This document shows, one piece after another, positions 41,864 to 54,802 of a stretch of DNA of 64,000 bases (within the stretch, counting starts at the first letter, position 1; each line of letters opens with the position of its first letter). The stretch covers positions 1 through 64,000 of the forward strand of contig CCZZQB010000055.1 in NCBI GenBank assembly GCA_973895155.1, in the 5' to 3' direction. The DNA is from Marsupella aquatica. Lineage: Eukaryota; Plantae; Marchantiophyta. Both the position numbers and the translations under genes were made by a program. Below the pieces are notes generated by a model. It had not been told where the DNA came from. It worked only from the letters and a program-made list of their open reading frames with translations, and did not search any database.

Positions 41864-43441
41864 TTACAGCAGTTGCCCTACCGTTGTCGTAACCGGGCAA
41901 CTCTTCACGTCTTCATTAATATCATAGTCCTCCTTCTTTTCTTCCTTCGGCTGCTGCTTGGTTTCCTCCTGCTTTTCTTGCTCTTGTCGTCGGGCGACCT
42001 CGGCAGCTTTGATGTCCTTATCGATTGCTTTCTGGTATTCCTGAGCTTCGTAGGCCTCCAACTGTTTCTTTACCAATTCTTTGATGTGGGGATAAAATAG
42101 CTTTGGGTCATCCCGATGGTAGTCATCGTCCTTCTCCGGGGGTATATCTATCGCTGGCTGCACTGGAGTAGTATCTTGCTTTTTCCTGCGTTTTTCTTCC
42201 TGTTTTTCTTCCTTCCGCTCGGCTCTTGTTGACACTCGGTAGCACTCAGCCTCGTTCAATGGATTAGGGTGCTCCGCCACGTCCACCAGATTTACCCACT
42301 TGGTGTTGTCATCTTGCCATTCCACAACAATCATTTGGATGACTGCATCGCTCGTGGCCGGTCCGCCCTGGGCCGGTCTTGTTGCGCTTGTTCGAGTGGC
42401 TATTACCAATGGACAGTTGGCCATGGAGTGAGCTTCCGTTTTGCAGACTTGACATAGTGGTGTGCCTCGGCCATCCCCCTGGCGTCTTGGTTCGGTGCAT
42501 TCCCTCGCAAAGTGGCCTGGCTTCTCACAGTTGTAACAAACTGGGGATCGCCAAATCCCTGGCTTAGGAGGAATGCTCGGGTTATTGATAACTTGGAAAC
42601 TTTTGCCATTGTTTGGGTAGGGGTATGCAGTTCTACCTGCTAAGTTATGCGGACCCACCGTTGAAATCTGATACACCGAATCCGGGGGATCTTCAAAGAA
42701 ATACTCAGTGGACTCCGATTCAGGTCCCGTGTTGTCAACATCATCTAATTCCACCTAGTGGACTCGGTTCTTCCATCTTGGGCATTCTTGCACTACATGC
42801 CCGGATTGGAAACACTTTGAACACCACGCATGTGCTCGGGTCTCGGGTGGCTTCTTCTTCTCCATAGGCTTTTCCGCAAGATGTACTGACAGTGCTTTGA
42901 GACGATCCGTGATTTTTTTAATCTTGTCTGCTTTGGCGGCCTTTGGATTGGGTATCGTTCTTCAAACATGGGGCTTGATTTTTCCCTCCTTCTTAACCCG
43001 CCTCTTCTTCTTTTTTTTCCGGCTCTTGCTCTCCGAATCGCTTCTTGATGAGCTAGAAGTGGAGGATCCGTTGGTCGAAGTCGAATCCGAACTAGATTCT
43101 GTCTTTGAACTTGACGAGGTTGAATGATGTTTCTTCTTCTTCTTGCGTTTCTTCTTCTTCTCGTCGTCCGATTCGGAGTTACTGTCACTGAAGGTCTCGT
43201 ACTTGCCCCTTCCTGTGGCGTGCCCGCTGGCTTCACCGGGAGTTATAGGTGGACTCCCGGTAGGTTTCGGCGCACGCTATGGCTGCTTGCATTGAAATTG
43301 GGTTATTCTGGCGCACCCAGAATTGCATATTCGTGGGCAAACCATGGAGGAACCACGTAAGTTGGAGCGCGTCACCCAGCCTAGGTCGGATCTTGGCAGC
43401 AATTTTCTGAAACTTCTGAATCAACTTCCGCAGGGGCTCCT
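41864..43441 (-). pseudogene. gag: Element B gag, C-terminal part
   Basis: LRKLIQKFQK..LTWFLHGLP and CCHC knuckles CSKCFQSGHVVQEC, CYNCEKPGHFAREC, CQVCKTEAHSMANC. In-frame stop at 41864-41866. Confidence 0.85.
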
Positions 43442-46400
43442 TGCGGTGCGTCCCATGGGGCCCAAAACCCAAGAAACCCCCCCGCACAAGCTGATTCCCG
43501 CAGGTTTCGTCCTCGATGAGGCCATTTCCGCGGCTTAGCAGCATGGGACGCTGCTAATCTCCTCTACTACTACGATTAACATTTTACACACATATACTAG
43601 ACAGATCCTTCATCGGGTCATGAGATACTTAGCCGGCCTATTCTAGGCCCTCCCTTGTATTCCTCTCCTGGTCTTCCATTAGGTATGTTTGGATTCCGCC
43701 GCCGGAATGATCCCCAATTGGCTTGGTTAAGCCGCTAAGACCTCTCTCAGCTCGACACATCCATCTCTCACTCCCTTGCTACTTCCCTTCATTGATGTGG
43801 GCACTCTTCACACAAGTTAATGTGACACACAAATAGCAAAATGACTCCTTCTGACTGAGTTATACCATGCACTTGCCATACAAACAGTACATCTCATACC
43901 TTTCTGTATAACTAACCGAGAGGTTCTCTTACTACTTGATCCCAGCCCTACTGGTGCAACTAAAAACTTGCTAAAGAAGAGGCCCTGAACTCCCCGTAGC
44001 CCAGGTACTTATCCTGGTTGCGGATCCGCCTGATTCCTTGCAGCGTAAGCCTAATCTACTTACTGTAATCTACCTAACTGTAATCTACCTATGTACAGCG
44101 AGGCAGGAGCACAAGTGTTGCCCTCACTCGTGGATCTGCAATCCCACTAATCTAAGTGTCAGGGCCGTCGCCTGGTCCTGATCCTTAGTCTAAACTTGGA
44201 GATTAGCACCTGCCCTGCCCACTCACGCCTCCTACCTCCACGTCCGTCCTTCCTAAAAGGAACAGCGCCTTTGCACCGTCATGAAACCGGTGGCGGATCC
44301 TCAATGGACGCCCCCAACGCTTCCCCCGCAGCCACTGCCGTCGGTACGTCCTCTGACATATTACCTGCCCCGGACCGAGTCAACTCTTCATCGGCCTGAC
44401 TGGGTCCACCCTCGGCTTCGGCCTCAGCATCGGCCACGGCCTCCCCGACATGTTCTAGTGGAGGATCTGGTACCTCGGCTTCATTATTGTTGTCCCGGCC
44501 TCGGCCTTGCCATCCCCACTTCCTAGGACTGGTGGATCCACCGCCGTGCCGATGCCGGAGGTTGGTGCCGGGTTTATCTTCTCGGTCACAACGGCTTGAG
44601 AAGCCGTATAACTCCCAACCTAGAAGGTTTCCGCTTCTTCTTCTTCCCTATTTCGACAACCGGTTCCTTCCCCTTGCCACTTACCTCCGACACCGGGGTG
44701 AGTGTCTCGGCTTGTCCTTCGGCCAATACTACCCCTGGTAGCTAGGTTGCCCCAATTGGAGTTGGACCTGATGAAGCCAAGCATTTAAATACTGCGGCTT
44801 GTTTCTTCAGCCGCTCCGTTTGGTTGTCGGCCCTCCGCTGTAGGTTCTCCATCTTCCTCATGATTTCCTCCAACTCCTCCTAGGTCTCGTCCAGGTCTTT
44901 GCACGCCTCCTCCAGTTCCTTTCTGGCTTCTTCCAATTCCATTTTTAAGGTAGCCGTCTCCTCCTGGGTTGCTCTTAGCTCCTTGTCGAGCTTTGCTACG
45001 ACCTCAGACTCCATCTTATTCATCTTGGCATAAGTCTGATCGAGCTGGTCGTCCTTCACGCAGGTCGGCCTTGAAGCTGGCCGTCAGGGACGCAAGCTCC
45101 TATTGCAGCGCAATAATCCCTTGATAGGATTTCCCTAACTCTGCTTCCTTCTGCTCAAGGGCTCCGCGGATATCTTTGAGCTCTCCTTTCAATGCCCTCT
45201 CCCTTCTCTGAGTCTCCGCCATGGCCTGGTTGTTGGCGGTTAAGTGGGCCTCCTCTGCGTCCCTTAGCTCCCGCTTCCATTTCTCTCTTTCTTTGACTGC
45301 GCCGGCCAACTCTCCTTGGGTCCGAGTCAGTTTATCTTTGATAATCTGATTGTCAGACTGAGCGATATCCAACTGGCCCTGCATGATGTTTAGCTCATGC
45401 CGCTTAATCCGCAGCTCATCTTGGGCTTTCTTGGCCGCCTGCAGGACTTCCACCTCGGCTTTCTTCTCCCTAAGCCGCCGGATGACCTCGTCCTTCTTGG
45501 TTCTCTCCAAAGCCACCGCTTCTTCTAATCTGTGCTTCTCCAACCTCTCCCTCTGGAAGAAAGGTCCCTGCTCCAACTCCTCCCCAAAGATGCTGACCGC
45601 TAGGTCCCCACACATCTCCCCATACTCCATGGCTCTATCTTTGGCATAGGTGGAGTAAGTAGAAGTCATCGGCATCAACCACCTTGGCCCCTGTTCCCAC
45701 GCTGCCTTGCGGATTTCTTCTACGGTGGCAAGAGGGTTGCTTCTTTTTTCGGCAAGCCGCCTGATGTCCTCCGGCCAATCTCCTCCTGGTAAATCTTTCT
45801 CCCTAGCCAGGGCTGCTTTCTCTTCCTCCCTAAGTCGCTCCTGAAACTCTTGTGCCGTCTGCTTTATGCCGTCAAAGCTCGGGGGAGCAACCTCTGGTGG
45901 GGGAGACTTGGGGCTACTCTGCTGGGTGGGGTCCCCTCGAACTACTCTTGGAAGCGTGGGGATAAATCGGCCACAGGTCCTTACTCCTGGAACATGATGA
46001 TCCGACCCATAGCCGGAGTTATCATTGCTGTAGTCCTTCGCCGCCTCCTCCACTGCTTGGACTCCCTGCTTCCCCCTCTGTTCCCCTGGTCCTGCCGTGA
46101 AAACGGCCCCACAGATCACGGGCCCTTGTTCCTCCTCTGGGTTCCATGCTGTCCTCTCCCTCTGTTCTCCGCGGGAAGGAGCCTTAGGCTGCTGTCTCCG
46201 ATTGGGGGCTTGAGGCTCCCACATACATTCGCACTCCCGGCTTGTGTTCCGGCCTCCTTCTCTCCTTGGCTCTAGTAAAGGGGTTTTCCCTCCTAAGTCG
46301 GCTTAGGCTGGCCTCTAGGGCAGTGTCCTGTACCGGTGCCGTTGCCATTGCTGGTGCCGTTCTCTCCTTCTCCAGCATTTTCAGCAGATTCTGCATGTCT

Positions 46401-48022
46401 GATTGCTATATCGGCAAGTCTGCTTCTCTGCTGCCGGCCTCTGTTCTGGAACCTCCTCTAGTGCCCTTGCCTACAGGGGAAGTACCGGGGCAAAGATCTG
46501 ACTTCGGGCATACCGGCACAACAACGGCATGTGATAGCCAAGCCGGGACATGCTTCCCACGCCGATCACCTGCTGTTCCTCCTTCAAGAACTTCTTCATT
46601 TGGGTGAGGAGGTACCCGTTATAGTCCCGGCTTGGGTCTGGCCTCTCCGCCAGGTAGACGTGTGCCTTGCCAATCTCTGCCCTTGGCAAGTTGCAGTGCA
46701 TGGTTACCCGCAAGAAATCAATCATTCTCCGATATGCGGGTTGGTGCAGCTGTTTTGGAAGAAGCCATTCTTTGTTGATGGCCCTGGAAACGACCAAAAC
46801 TCCTTGTCTGGCAAGGTCTTCCCGGTATCTACTTTGGTCTTATTGCCCATTGGCAAGCCAAACGCCTAGTCAATCACCCGGGGAGTGAGATAGAAATCCT
46901 TCCAATACACCCTCGTGGAATTGGTCTCGGGTTCCCATGATCCCATGAATTCTAATAAGTCTGAGTCTGGCACCTCCGGCTTCAGCCATGGTAATCTTAC
47001 GAAGGCTTCCAAGCCGGATCCGACCATGAAGCCCTAGTACTTCTTGGTCTGCATGGCCATAAAGCATGCATCCTCCTCCCGTGCAAAATGTAATTGCACT
47101 TCCTCTGGTAGGGTCGCCGCCCAGCCTTTCCAGGTGTCATCATTTGTTGGAATGGCATTGATGGGATCGACCTCCTCCTCTTCGGCTTCTCCCTGCCTCC
47201 GGTTTTGCTGCTCTGCTGGTTTCCTTGGTGTCGCCGACCTCGTTCTTTTTGCCGGGGTGGCCTCTTCGTTGTTGTTTCCTTTCCTCTTCATCTCGGCTGC
47301 CGTGGATGTTTCTCCTAGCATAGTTGCCTTGGTCCACCCTTCCGTGCTACCCTTCAACTCCCAGTGCGCGTTGTTGCAGCGGTTGATGGCTTCCCGAATG
47401 CCGACGATTTTGTCTTCGCAAAATAGAAGGTCATCAAGCTGATTGGCAGTAGGAGTCCACAAGAACTCGGCCTTGATGAGTTCTCCTCCTAAGAAGGCAA
47501 ACTTCTGCAGCTCCCACAGTCGAGCGAGCTCCTGCCATTCTCGAGCTGCTCTCTCCAATTCTTCGTCCTTGTAAGTCCCAATGTACTCAGTTGCCCGTTT
47601 GAATAGGCATCCCCAAAAATATGTCGCTTGATTGACGTTGCTAATACCCTCCTTGACTCGATCATTGGTATCTGTTCCCACCCAGAGTGCTTGCCTAAGC
47701 AGCTGACAGTATTTGGCCTCCCATAGTCGTCTGCCCAGTTCGTGCTTGCAAATGAGCCACTATTCCTTGCGAGCGGTCCTTACCCCACTCCGCCTCTGGT
47801 CTTCCCTCCCATTGGTCACCCCTAGCCGCCGACGCTTATCGCGCCCTAACCCTAATCGTGTTCTCTCCCCCGGCATCCTTACTTCCGGCCTCGGCCTGGG
47901 TTCCATAGTCACCCTTAATTGTTTATATTTTCCTCATTCTTGTAACTATACTAAGGTTTTTTTGGGTACACTCCTACTTTTACCATGTAAACCGTCCTAG
48001 TGATTCCTGGCTAGGCATCACA
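43442..48022 (-). mobile_element. Solo LTR of family A (older subfamily, ~4581 bp) within the element B gag; no TSD
   Basis: Starts TGTGATGCCTAGCCAGG at 48022 and ends ..GGACGCACCGCA at 43442. LTR-ORF remnants 47034..47681, 46471..46797 and 45100..46224. Flanks CTCCT / CTTAA differ. Confidence 0.9.
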
Positions 48023-48391
48023 CTTAATGGCGTCTTCCCCGTTGGCCTTAGCAGTGGCTTCAAACTCATCCAACCATTCATCTGGATCATCCTCATGACG
48101 CCCTTTGAAAGGTCGATAATTGAACCGCGACCGTTGTGATATTTGTGGGGGAGCTTGGGCAGCGCGGGCCATCGGTGGGGTGGCCGCCATAGGTACTGGT
48201 GGCGGTGGTGGTGCAGCAGGGACCAGAGCAGGACCGGCTGGACCGGACCCCAAAGGTCCCGGTGGTATGTTCATTTGTCGAGGCGATTGCGAATCCTCCA
48301 AACCTGAAGAGTCAGAGCTTGTGGGGGTTGCACTCTCTCGTTCGATGGTCAATCTCCTCAAGTAAGCTGCTTGAGAACGAGTGACGGGCAT
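48023..48391 (-). pseudogene. gag: Element B gag N-terminus
   Basis: MPVTRSQ..SQRSRFNYRPFKGRHEDDPDEWLDEFEATAKANGEDAIK, homologous to element A gag. Confidence 0.85.
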
Positions 48392-48489
48392 TTACTCATA
48401 TAAATGCAATGGTTAGTAACTCACAAGGGCCTGGTGTATTCTGCCTAAGTGCACCCGCACATGTCTCCCCTCTACTACACGTAGAGTGC

Positions 48490-48507
48490 CCCTTCCATCT
48501 AGCACCA
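48490..48507 (-). promoter_or_regulatory. Primer binding site of element B (tRNA-Asn-like)
   Basis: TGGTGCTAGATGGAAGGG, similar to the element A PBS, 13 nt downstream of the LTR end. Confidence 0.75.
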
Positions 48508-49412
48508 AAAACAAAGGCTATGTCACGTCGTCAGCCTAGGCTTTAACCGGGCTTTGGCTCAGACAGGCACATCTTTTGTCAATATGAGGGTTCGGGCAAG
48601 GAGGGAGGCACGGAATGCACCTAAATCACATAAACTAGCGCTAAGTGCGCCTATTGTCATATACGGACACTTCTTAGGTATGGTTTGTGTTCCGTCGCTG
48701 GAACGTATCTCAGTCGATAGCAGGACCGACCCCGGCTTATGGGCTTCTAAGCCTTCATGTTGTCTGCCTTTGATCCGGATTCGATGGTATGGGTACTCAA
48801 CCCGGGCTCGCAACCACTTACCCGCAAGCTGCACCCCGTGCACGACTCGGGTAGTGCGTTCGGCCAAATGTTGGCACCTATACACGAGATTCACACATAT
48901 ACAGACGCACAAGCATACAATCTCGATTTACACGAAGGAAATAATGGGAAAGGATTTTACTACATAGGAGACATATGCGTACACTTAGTTGACCCAAAAT
49001 CTCTGGAATGAACAGGTCCAAGGCTGATGGTGTACACTACAACGGAGCCTAGCTCTGCACTCGCCCAGCAAGCTTAGTCCTACACCCTCCCCTTGGTACA
49101 CTTTCACTCCCAGAGGTCGGGACTCCCCGCACATACCGTGGATGTCCAACATTGAGACTAAAAACCCCCCTGCCTCTACCGAGGGGTGCACTAAATACTA
49201 AGGGCTGAGGAACGGAGTGCCCTCGCGCCCAAAGATTCGCTCACTAAGGTCCTAACTAAGCTGGCTGTCAGGCCGGAAAATGGCTTATCTTATTAGAAGA
49301 TCCTAATCTACGCAGGTTGTACAGCATGGCAGTGCTGCTTTAACTAGGGTAGGTGCTTGTCCCTATAGCCTAATTTAGCTATTCCTAACTCTACTCTAAT
49401 CCTACTCCGCCG

Positions 49413-52006
49413 CTAATGCCTGGCACGCTTGCCAGAGCCACCTGAGTGGGAGCGGCTATCCCGTTGCCTTCTGTGCCTGTCGGTGTCCTGCTTGAGTAGC
49501 TGGACCTGGTCCAGCAGAGATTTGTTTTCTCGCTTTGCCACGTCTGCCTCTTCCACGGCCTCCTGGCATGCCTCCTCTAGTTGCTGGGTGTCACTCATCA
49601 GCTTGTCCACCAATTGGGCCTGTTTTGTGGCTTCTCCTTGAAGCCGCGCCACCTCTGCCTTCAGGGTGTCAATCTCGGCTGTGTCTCGCTGAGACTTGGA
49701 GTCAGCTTCCTCCAGATCCTTTTGCCAACTGATGGCTTGCCCCTGCAAACCGTCAATCTTGGTCCAGAGCCGCGCGATCTCGACGTCCTTTCCGAGCCCG
49801 GCTTGTACTCCTACGCTGCTTGGGCTCTAGCCTCCGCAACCTGGTCCTCCGTGGCCGTTATCTGAGGCCGTAGTTGCTGGAGTTCAGCCTCTAGGGTTGC
49901 CACTTTGTCCTTCAGGTAGGCAGACTCAACCCGATATCGCTCTATTCTCTGTGCGGTCTCTGCCTGCGCATGTCCTGCCCTTACTGCCGCAACCAACTCC
50001 TGGTTGAAGAAGTAGGCCACCCTCCGGGCCATGTATTCCCCGGTGTCACGAGAGATCTGTTGCGAGAAATCTTCCAACAACCCGTTCAGAGATGTGCCCG
50101 ACGCAAAGAGTTCCGGATGGTCTAGACTGTGTCCTTCTGGATTCGGGCACGGGCAGACTCCAACCCGTGCGAGAGTAGGAGTGGACACATCCAGCCCTTG
50201 AGGTAAGTCGGTCAAAGGAGCTGGTCCCACTGGAGGTGGGTGGTTCTCCGGCACAACCGCGAGGGGTGGAGGAATCTCCCCGGCTACCATGGCATCTGCT
50301 TCGGGTACGGCTTCATCCGGCCCGGCTTTGATGGCATTGTCCCAATTGATCATGTCTAAGGTCGCGATAACGTCAATGGGTATGCCTGGCGGGGCGGTAG
50401 CGGCGGGTTGCGGGGCCATGGTAGCAGGACTTGCAGCTGCTAGACTTTGAGCCTCGGGCTACGGTCGCCTTACCTGGGCTGGGAACACCCATTTTGGCGG
50501 GGCCAACTCGGGCTCGTTGAGATGCGGGAGGCTCTGACGGTCAAAATGAGCGTACCACTCGAGGATGATTTTGATGTGGCTAGCGAAGTACGCCCTCCCA
50601 CCAAGGTACAAAGTCTTCCTTCTCCGCTCCATCTCCTCGTGGAACTTCTTGATGAAGCAGGACGCCCACTTCCTGGGCCGATAGTTCTCCACCTGGATGA
50701 CCTGAGCGGCCAATATTTCTCCTCTGGGTTCCATCATGTGGAGGGCATACCGCTGGAACTCTAGGCGTTCTGCTACCTCTGGGATGAGGCACGTCCTCAT
50801 TAAGAACCCATTGTCCACTACTCCCTCGGCCGGAAAGCTAGATGACTGGTATTTAGCTCCCTTGCCCCTTGGAGCCCGCGGCTCTACCCGGTTTATCCCC
50901 TTGGGTAAGCCAAAAATCATCTTCAGACGTGCCTCATTGAGACACATCACTCTCCCATGCGCTCGAGTTTTTTGGCGGGCCTCATTGAAGTTCTGAATGA
51001 ACTCCGTCATATCCTGCCCGTAATACCTACTTTCGTTCCAAGGGAGAGAGGCGAGGTGCTCAAACCCCTGGGTCTTCAGATAGCATGCATGCTTGGGGTG
51101 GAGGATGTTCTTGTGAACATTGTCCCCCATGCGATGCATGGTCAGCTTGGCTACCGCAACTGTGGCCAAAGGCAACCCGGATACGGCTGTAGGCTTCTTC
51201 CTCTTCCTACCCCGAGACTGATTACCGGGGTGACTAGAAGAAGGGGACATCTCTCCTTCCTCTCGGTCAGGTGGTGGTAGCGCCACTACCGTGAGTATTG
51301 GTGTCGGGGCCGCTAGCGTTACCGTGTTATCCCCTTGGGCTTGCTGGAGTGGTGTTGGGTTGTTCGTACCCTGCGGCCGTTGATTCAGAGGAGGGTGAGC
51401 CTCCTCGTCTTCGAAGCTGATATTTACCGCATTCACCACGGATGGTACTCGGAGAGGTGGTGGAACCGGTGGCGGGGACCAGCTTGGCTGAGGCCGAGGA
51501 GGTGTAGGTGCGGGTACGAGCACGGGTTGGCCGGCACTGGTCGTTGATGGTAGAGTTGCCATGAAGTTCTGCAGGTGTCGGTGGAGGTTTTCCGATGCAA
51601 GTGAAGATGGTCCTGTCGACCGGGTAGTGTTGAACTCGCCGTTGATGATAGCCCAAACCCGAGCGGGGATGTGGTCGAAGTGGTGCCATTGCAAGTCGAT
51701 CGTGCCCGAAATATTGAAGACCTCGTCCGGAAGCCGAAGCAATGCCTCCCAGAAGCCGATGTATTTGCCTCCGTCGAAGAAGTACCCTGATACCTCTTCA
51801 GGTCGGTAAAGCTCGCTATGGGATGGGTACTCAAAGTTAAGGAGATAGTGGTGGCAGCCTGCTAGGCGGATGGCTCTCTCGTATTCGCGTTCGATCTCAT
51901 ATTGGCGCGGGTTGGCATGTTTCAATGAGTCGGCCAAGTGCCCTCCGATAGACAGGAACTGAGTCCAGAATTGTATGGCCGAACTGGAAAGGATTGTGTG
52001 CGACAT
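49413..52006 (-). pseudogene. Family B LTR-encoded ORF (TE-protein domain, Pro-rich linker, coiled coil), disrupted
   Basis: ORFs 50459..52006 (GFEHLASLPW..EFIQNF..MIFGLPKG..DNGF..C), 49811..50419 and 49413..49748. Confidence 0.8.
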
Positions 52007-52105
52007 TCAGAGGAGATAGCAGGTGACTAAGGAAAAGCGAGAGAGTTGGGATCGAAGCTGGCGCGTGGACTGGAGAGCTGGTGCACTACAAAGGATCGGC
52101 CCCCC

Positions 52106-52112
52106 TTTTATA
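52106..52112 (-). promoter_or_regulatory. TATA box upstream of the family B LTR ORF
   Basis: GGGTATAAAAGGG on the minus strand, also retained in the 3' LTR copy (34032-34038), ~100-170 nt before the ORF. Confidence 0.5.
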
Positions 52113-52480
52113 CCCTGAGAGGTCGTTGATCACCCGACGCCTCCTCGTCGCTTATAGGTCGAGCCTTTCACGCTCGCAGTGTACCAGCCCCTTCGCCAGT
52201 CCAGGTCAGCTCGTGTCAGTGGCCGCCTCCCGGAGTTTGTTATACGGACCCAAGGGAGGGGGAAAAAGGGCCCATTACATGCTCGCAACCCGGGCGTGCG
52301 AATGGCGACCTGCCGCCAGCCTGAACATGAATTCCCCTTATTGACTAATGATTTCCTACTTAGAATGGCTACCTAAATATTGTCGTTATGCTAATAATAA
52401 CGGCCTAAGATACCCCTAACGCGCATGCTAAGCGCAATTAGACTGAATTACTCATTACCCGCCGTACCGGCGGCATCACA

Positions 52481-54802
52481 AGAGGGTTGAAGCTCGCACC
52501 CTACTGCCGGCCGCCATGGACGTCCCTCGAAGAAAAGTAGAAAAGTGTGATCAGGCCGGCGCGAACGTCAAGTTAGGTTGTGACGGGGTGGACGTCCCTA
52601 CGTGGAGGCCATCCAAGACGTCCATGAGTTTTTCACGTGGGCCGGCGCGGAAGGAGTTGGCCGTCCTTGCGAAAAATGGGTGCCGTCCCTGTACATGTAG
52701 AAGTCGTCCAAGCCGGCGCCGTCTTTGCCATCTTCATGAGGAGGTGGTCCAGGACTTCAATCAGGAGTTGGAGGCCTTTCAGAGGATAGAGCGGTACCGG
52801 GTTGAGTCCGTGTACCTAAAGAAAGAAGTTCTGCTCCTTGAGACAACTGTTTGGCAAGGGTTGGGGTAGCCTGGAACTCCTTGTTGCTACTGATTCCAGA
52901 ACACACACCCAGTCTGCCTGCCTTTTCCTGCATTATCAAATGTTGTGGGCTCTATGGATGGGACGAAATGAGCAGATTTTTGAGAAAAAGGTGATCCGAG
53001 TATTTGATTTTGGGCTGGTCCTATCGGAAACCGAGACTCACTTGCGGGCTGCGGGCTGGTGCCTCCCCATTGGTGGGCGGCGCATCAGACTGGCTAAGGC
53101 TAGGGATCTCATAGCTTTAGAACGACGACAGTGGTTTGCTAGGAGTACTGGCAGAGTCACCTCTGTGGCTGCGTTGCTGGTCTAGGAGTGATAGCTATTG
53201 GAAGAGGTCGAATGGGATACCTCGCTTTACCGGCTCTAGGGCTCTAGAAGTTGACATGATGTATGGGTCACTCACATTTTGGGCCACTAGGTTTAGTCCC
53301 CCCCTTTTTTTATTGTGATTCTGGCCTTTGCTTTTGCCGCTGGCCTCCCTTAGGGAGTTGTTCTGATTTATCTATGGGGCTGTTTGCTTCCCCCCGGCCG
53401 TGGGGTTTTCGCGGTCTCACCTTTTTATTATAAAAAATATTTTCCCAGGAAGAGGCTGAGCTTCTGGAACTATGACCCAAGGTTGCAGCCGCCGATGAGT
53501 TGTTAGCAAATGCGCACCGCCCTAGCCAAATAGGCCAAAGCTGGGAAGGAGGCCGAGATTGCATGGCTCCGGACCCAGGTTGACAGTTTGAAGAACCAAA
53601 CTATCATCTGGCAGAAAGACCTGGAGGAGGCCAAAGAGCGGGCCCAGCATGACGCTGCGGAGATAGCCGCCCTACAGGCTGAAGTAGTGTGGCTTCAAAC
53701 CAAAGCCGAGAAGTAGAGCAGATGGTGGACAAGCTGACAAGCAACGCCCAGCAACTGGAAGAGGCATGCCAGGAGGCAGTTGAGGAGACGGACACGGCGA
53801 AGCGAGAGAACAAATCTCTGCTAGACCAAGTCCAGCTCCTCAAGACGGACAATGACAGACTCCGTAGGTAGCGGATGGCCGCTCCCACTCGGACGGCTCT
53901 GGCAAGCACACCAGGTATTAGCGGAGGGTTAGGCTTAGAATAGAACTAGGAGTAGCTAAAACAGGCTGTTAGGACTGTAAGCGTCGACCAGAAGATAGTG
54001 GCGCTAACATATTAGCCAGCCTGTGTAGAATAGGTTAGACTAATAGGACAAGTCGTAACCAGCTTAGTGAGGATATAAGTTAGTGTAGATTCGGGCACAA
54101 GGCCAGGTTGGTCCTCAGCCCTTAGTATTTAGCAGCCCCCCGGTAGAGGCAAGGGGGGATTTTAGACTTAGAAGTGGGCCATTCGCGGTACGCGCCTAGA
54201 GTCCTGAACTCGGTGAAGTGTCGAAGTGCCAAGGAGAGGGTATACAACTAAGCTCGTCGGGCGAGTGCGGAGCCGGGCTCCGTTGTAGTGTAATACACCT
54301 CAGCCTTGGACCCGTTCATTCACGAGGTGTCAGGTCAACCAATCGTAAGTGTATGATCCTATATGAATGAAATCCTTTCCCCTTAATTCCTTCATGTAAA
54401 TCAAGATTTCTGTTATGTATGAATGCATGTATGAGTCTCGTGTGCAAGTATCAATGTCAGGCCAAACAGGTTATGCCAACCGTGCATGGGGTGCAGGTTA
54501 CGGGTTCGGGGTTGCGAGCCCGGGTTGAGCCCTTGTACTAATGGATCCGGATCAAAGGCGCTAATACAAAGGCTTAGAAGTCCGTAAGCCGGGGTCAAAC
54601 CCGTGTCGACTGAGGTACGTTCCGGCGGCGGAACACAAAGTATACCTAAGCATGCTAGTAAGTAAATATACGCGCTCTTAGCGCTAGTTTGGAAGAATTA
54701 TACACAGTCCGCACGTCCCTCCTTGCTCGGACCCGAATACTAACAGGGGAAGTGTTTGTCTTAGACGTAAATAGGCCTAAGGACTAGGCCAACGGCGTGA
54801 TA
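52481..54802 (+). mobile_element. Older family-B-like LTR fragment (3' part), opposite orientation
   Basis: Remnant peptides FNQELE..QRIERYRVES.YLK and WQKDLEEA..LEEACQEAVEE..KRENKSLLDQVQLLK. Ends CTAGGCCAACGGCGTGATA, like the family B LTR end. Left boundary uncertain. Confidence 0.72.
52843..53451 (+). mobile_element. 5'-truncated LINE (L1-type) 3' fragment
   Basis: ORF2 C-terminal motif LWALWMGRNEQIFE. T-rich 3' UTR and A-tract at 53430-53437. Interrupts LLE|AEL in the B-like ORF. Confidence 0.6.

Larger units (their letters stand above)
32131..52480 (-). mobile_element. Decayed Ty3/gypsy element, family B, carrying nested insertions
   Basis: 5' LTR 52480-48521, PBS, gag, PR-RT-RH-IN with stops and frameshifts, PPT at 34407-34422, partial 3' LTR 34406-32131. 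Confidence 0.88.
48521..52480 (-). repeat. 5' LTR of element B (3960 bp)
   Basis: TGTGATGCC...CGTGACA. The 3' end is confirmed by homology ending at the same point in the copy ending at 54802. Confidence 0.88.
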
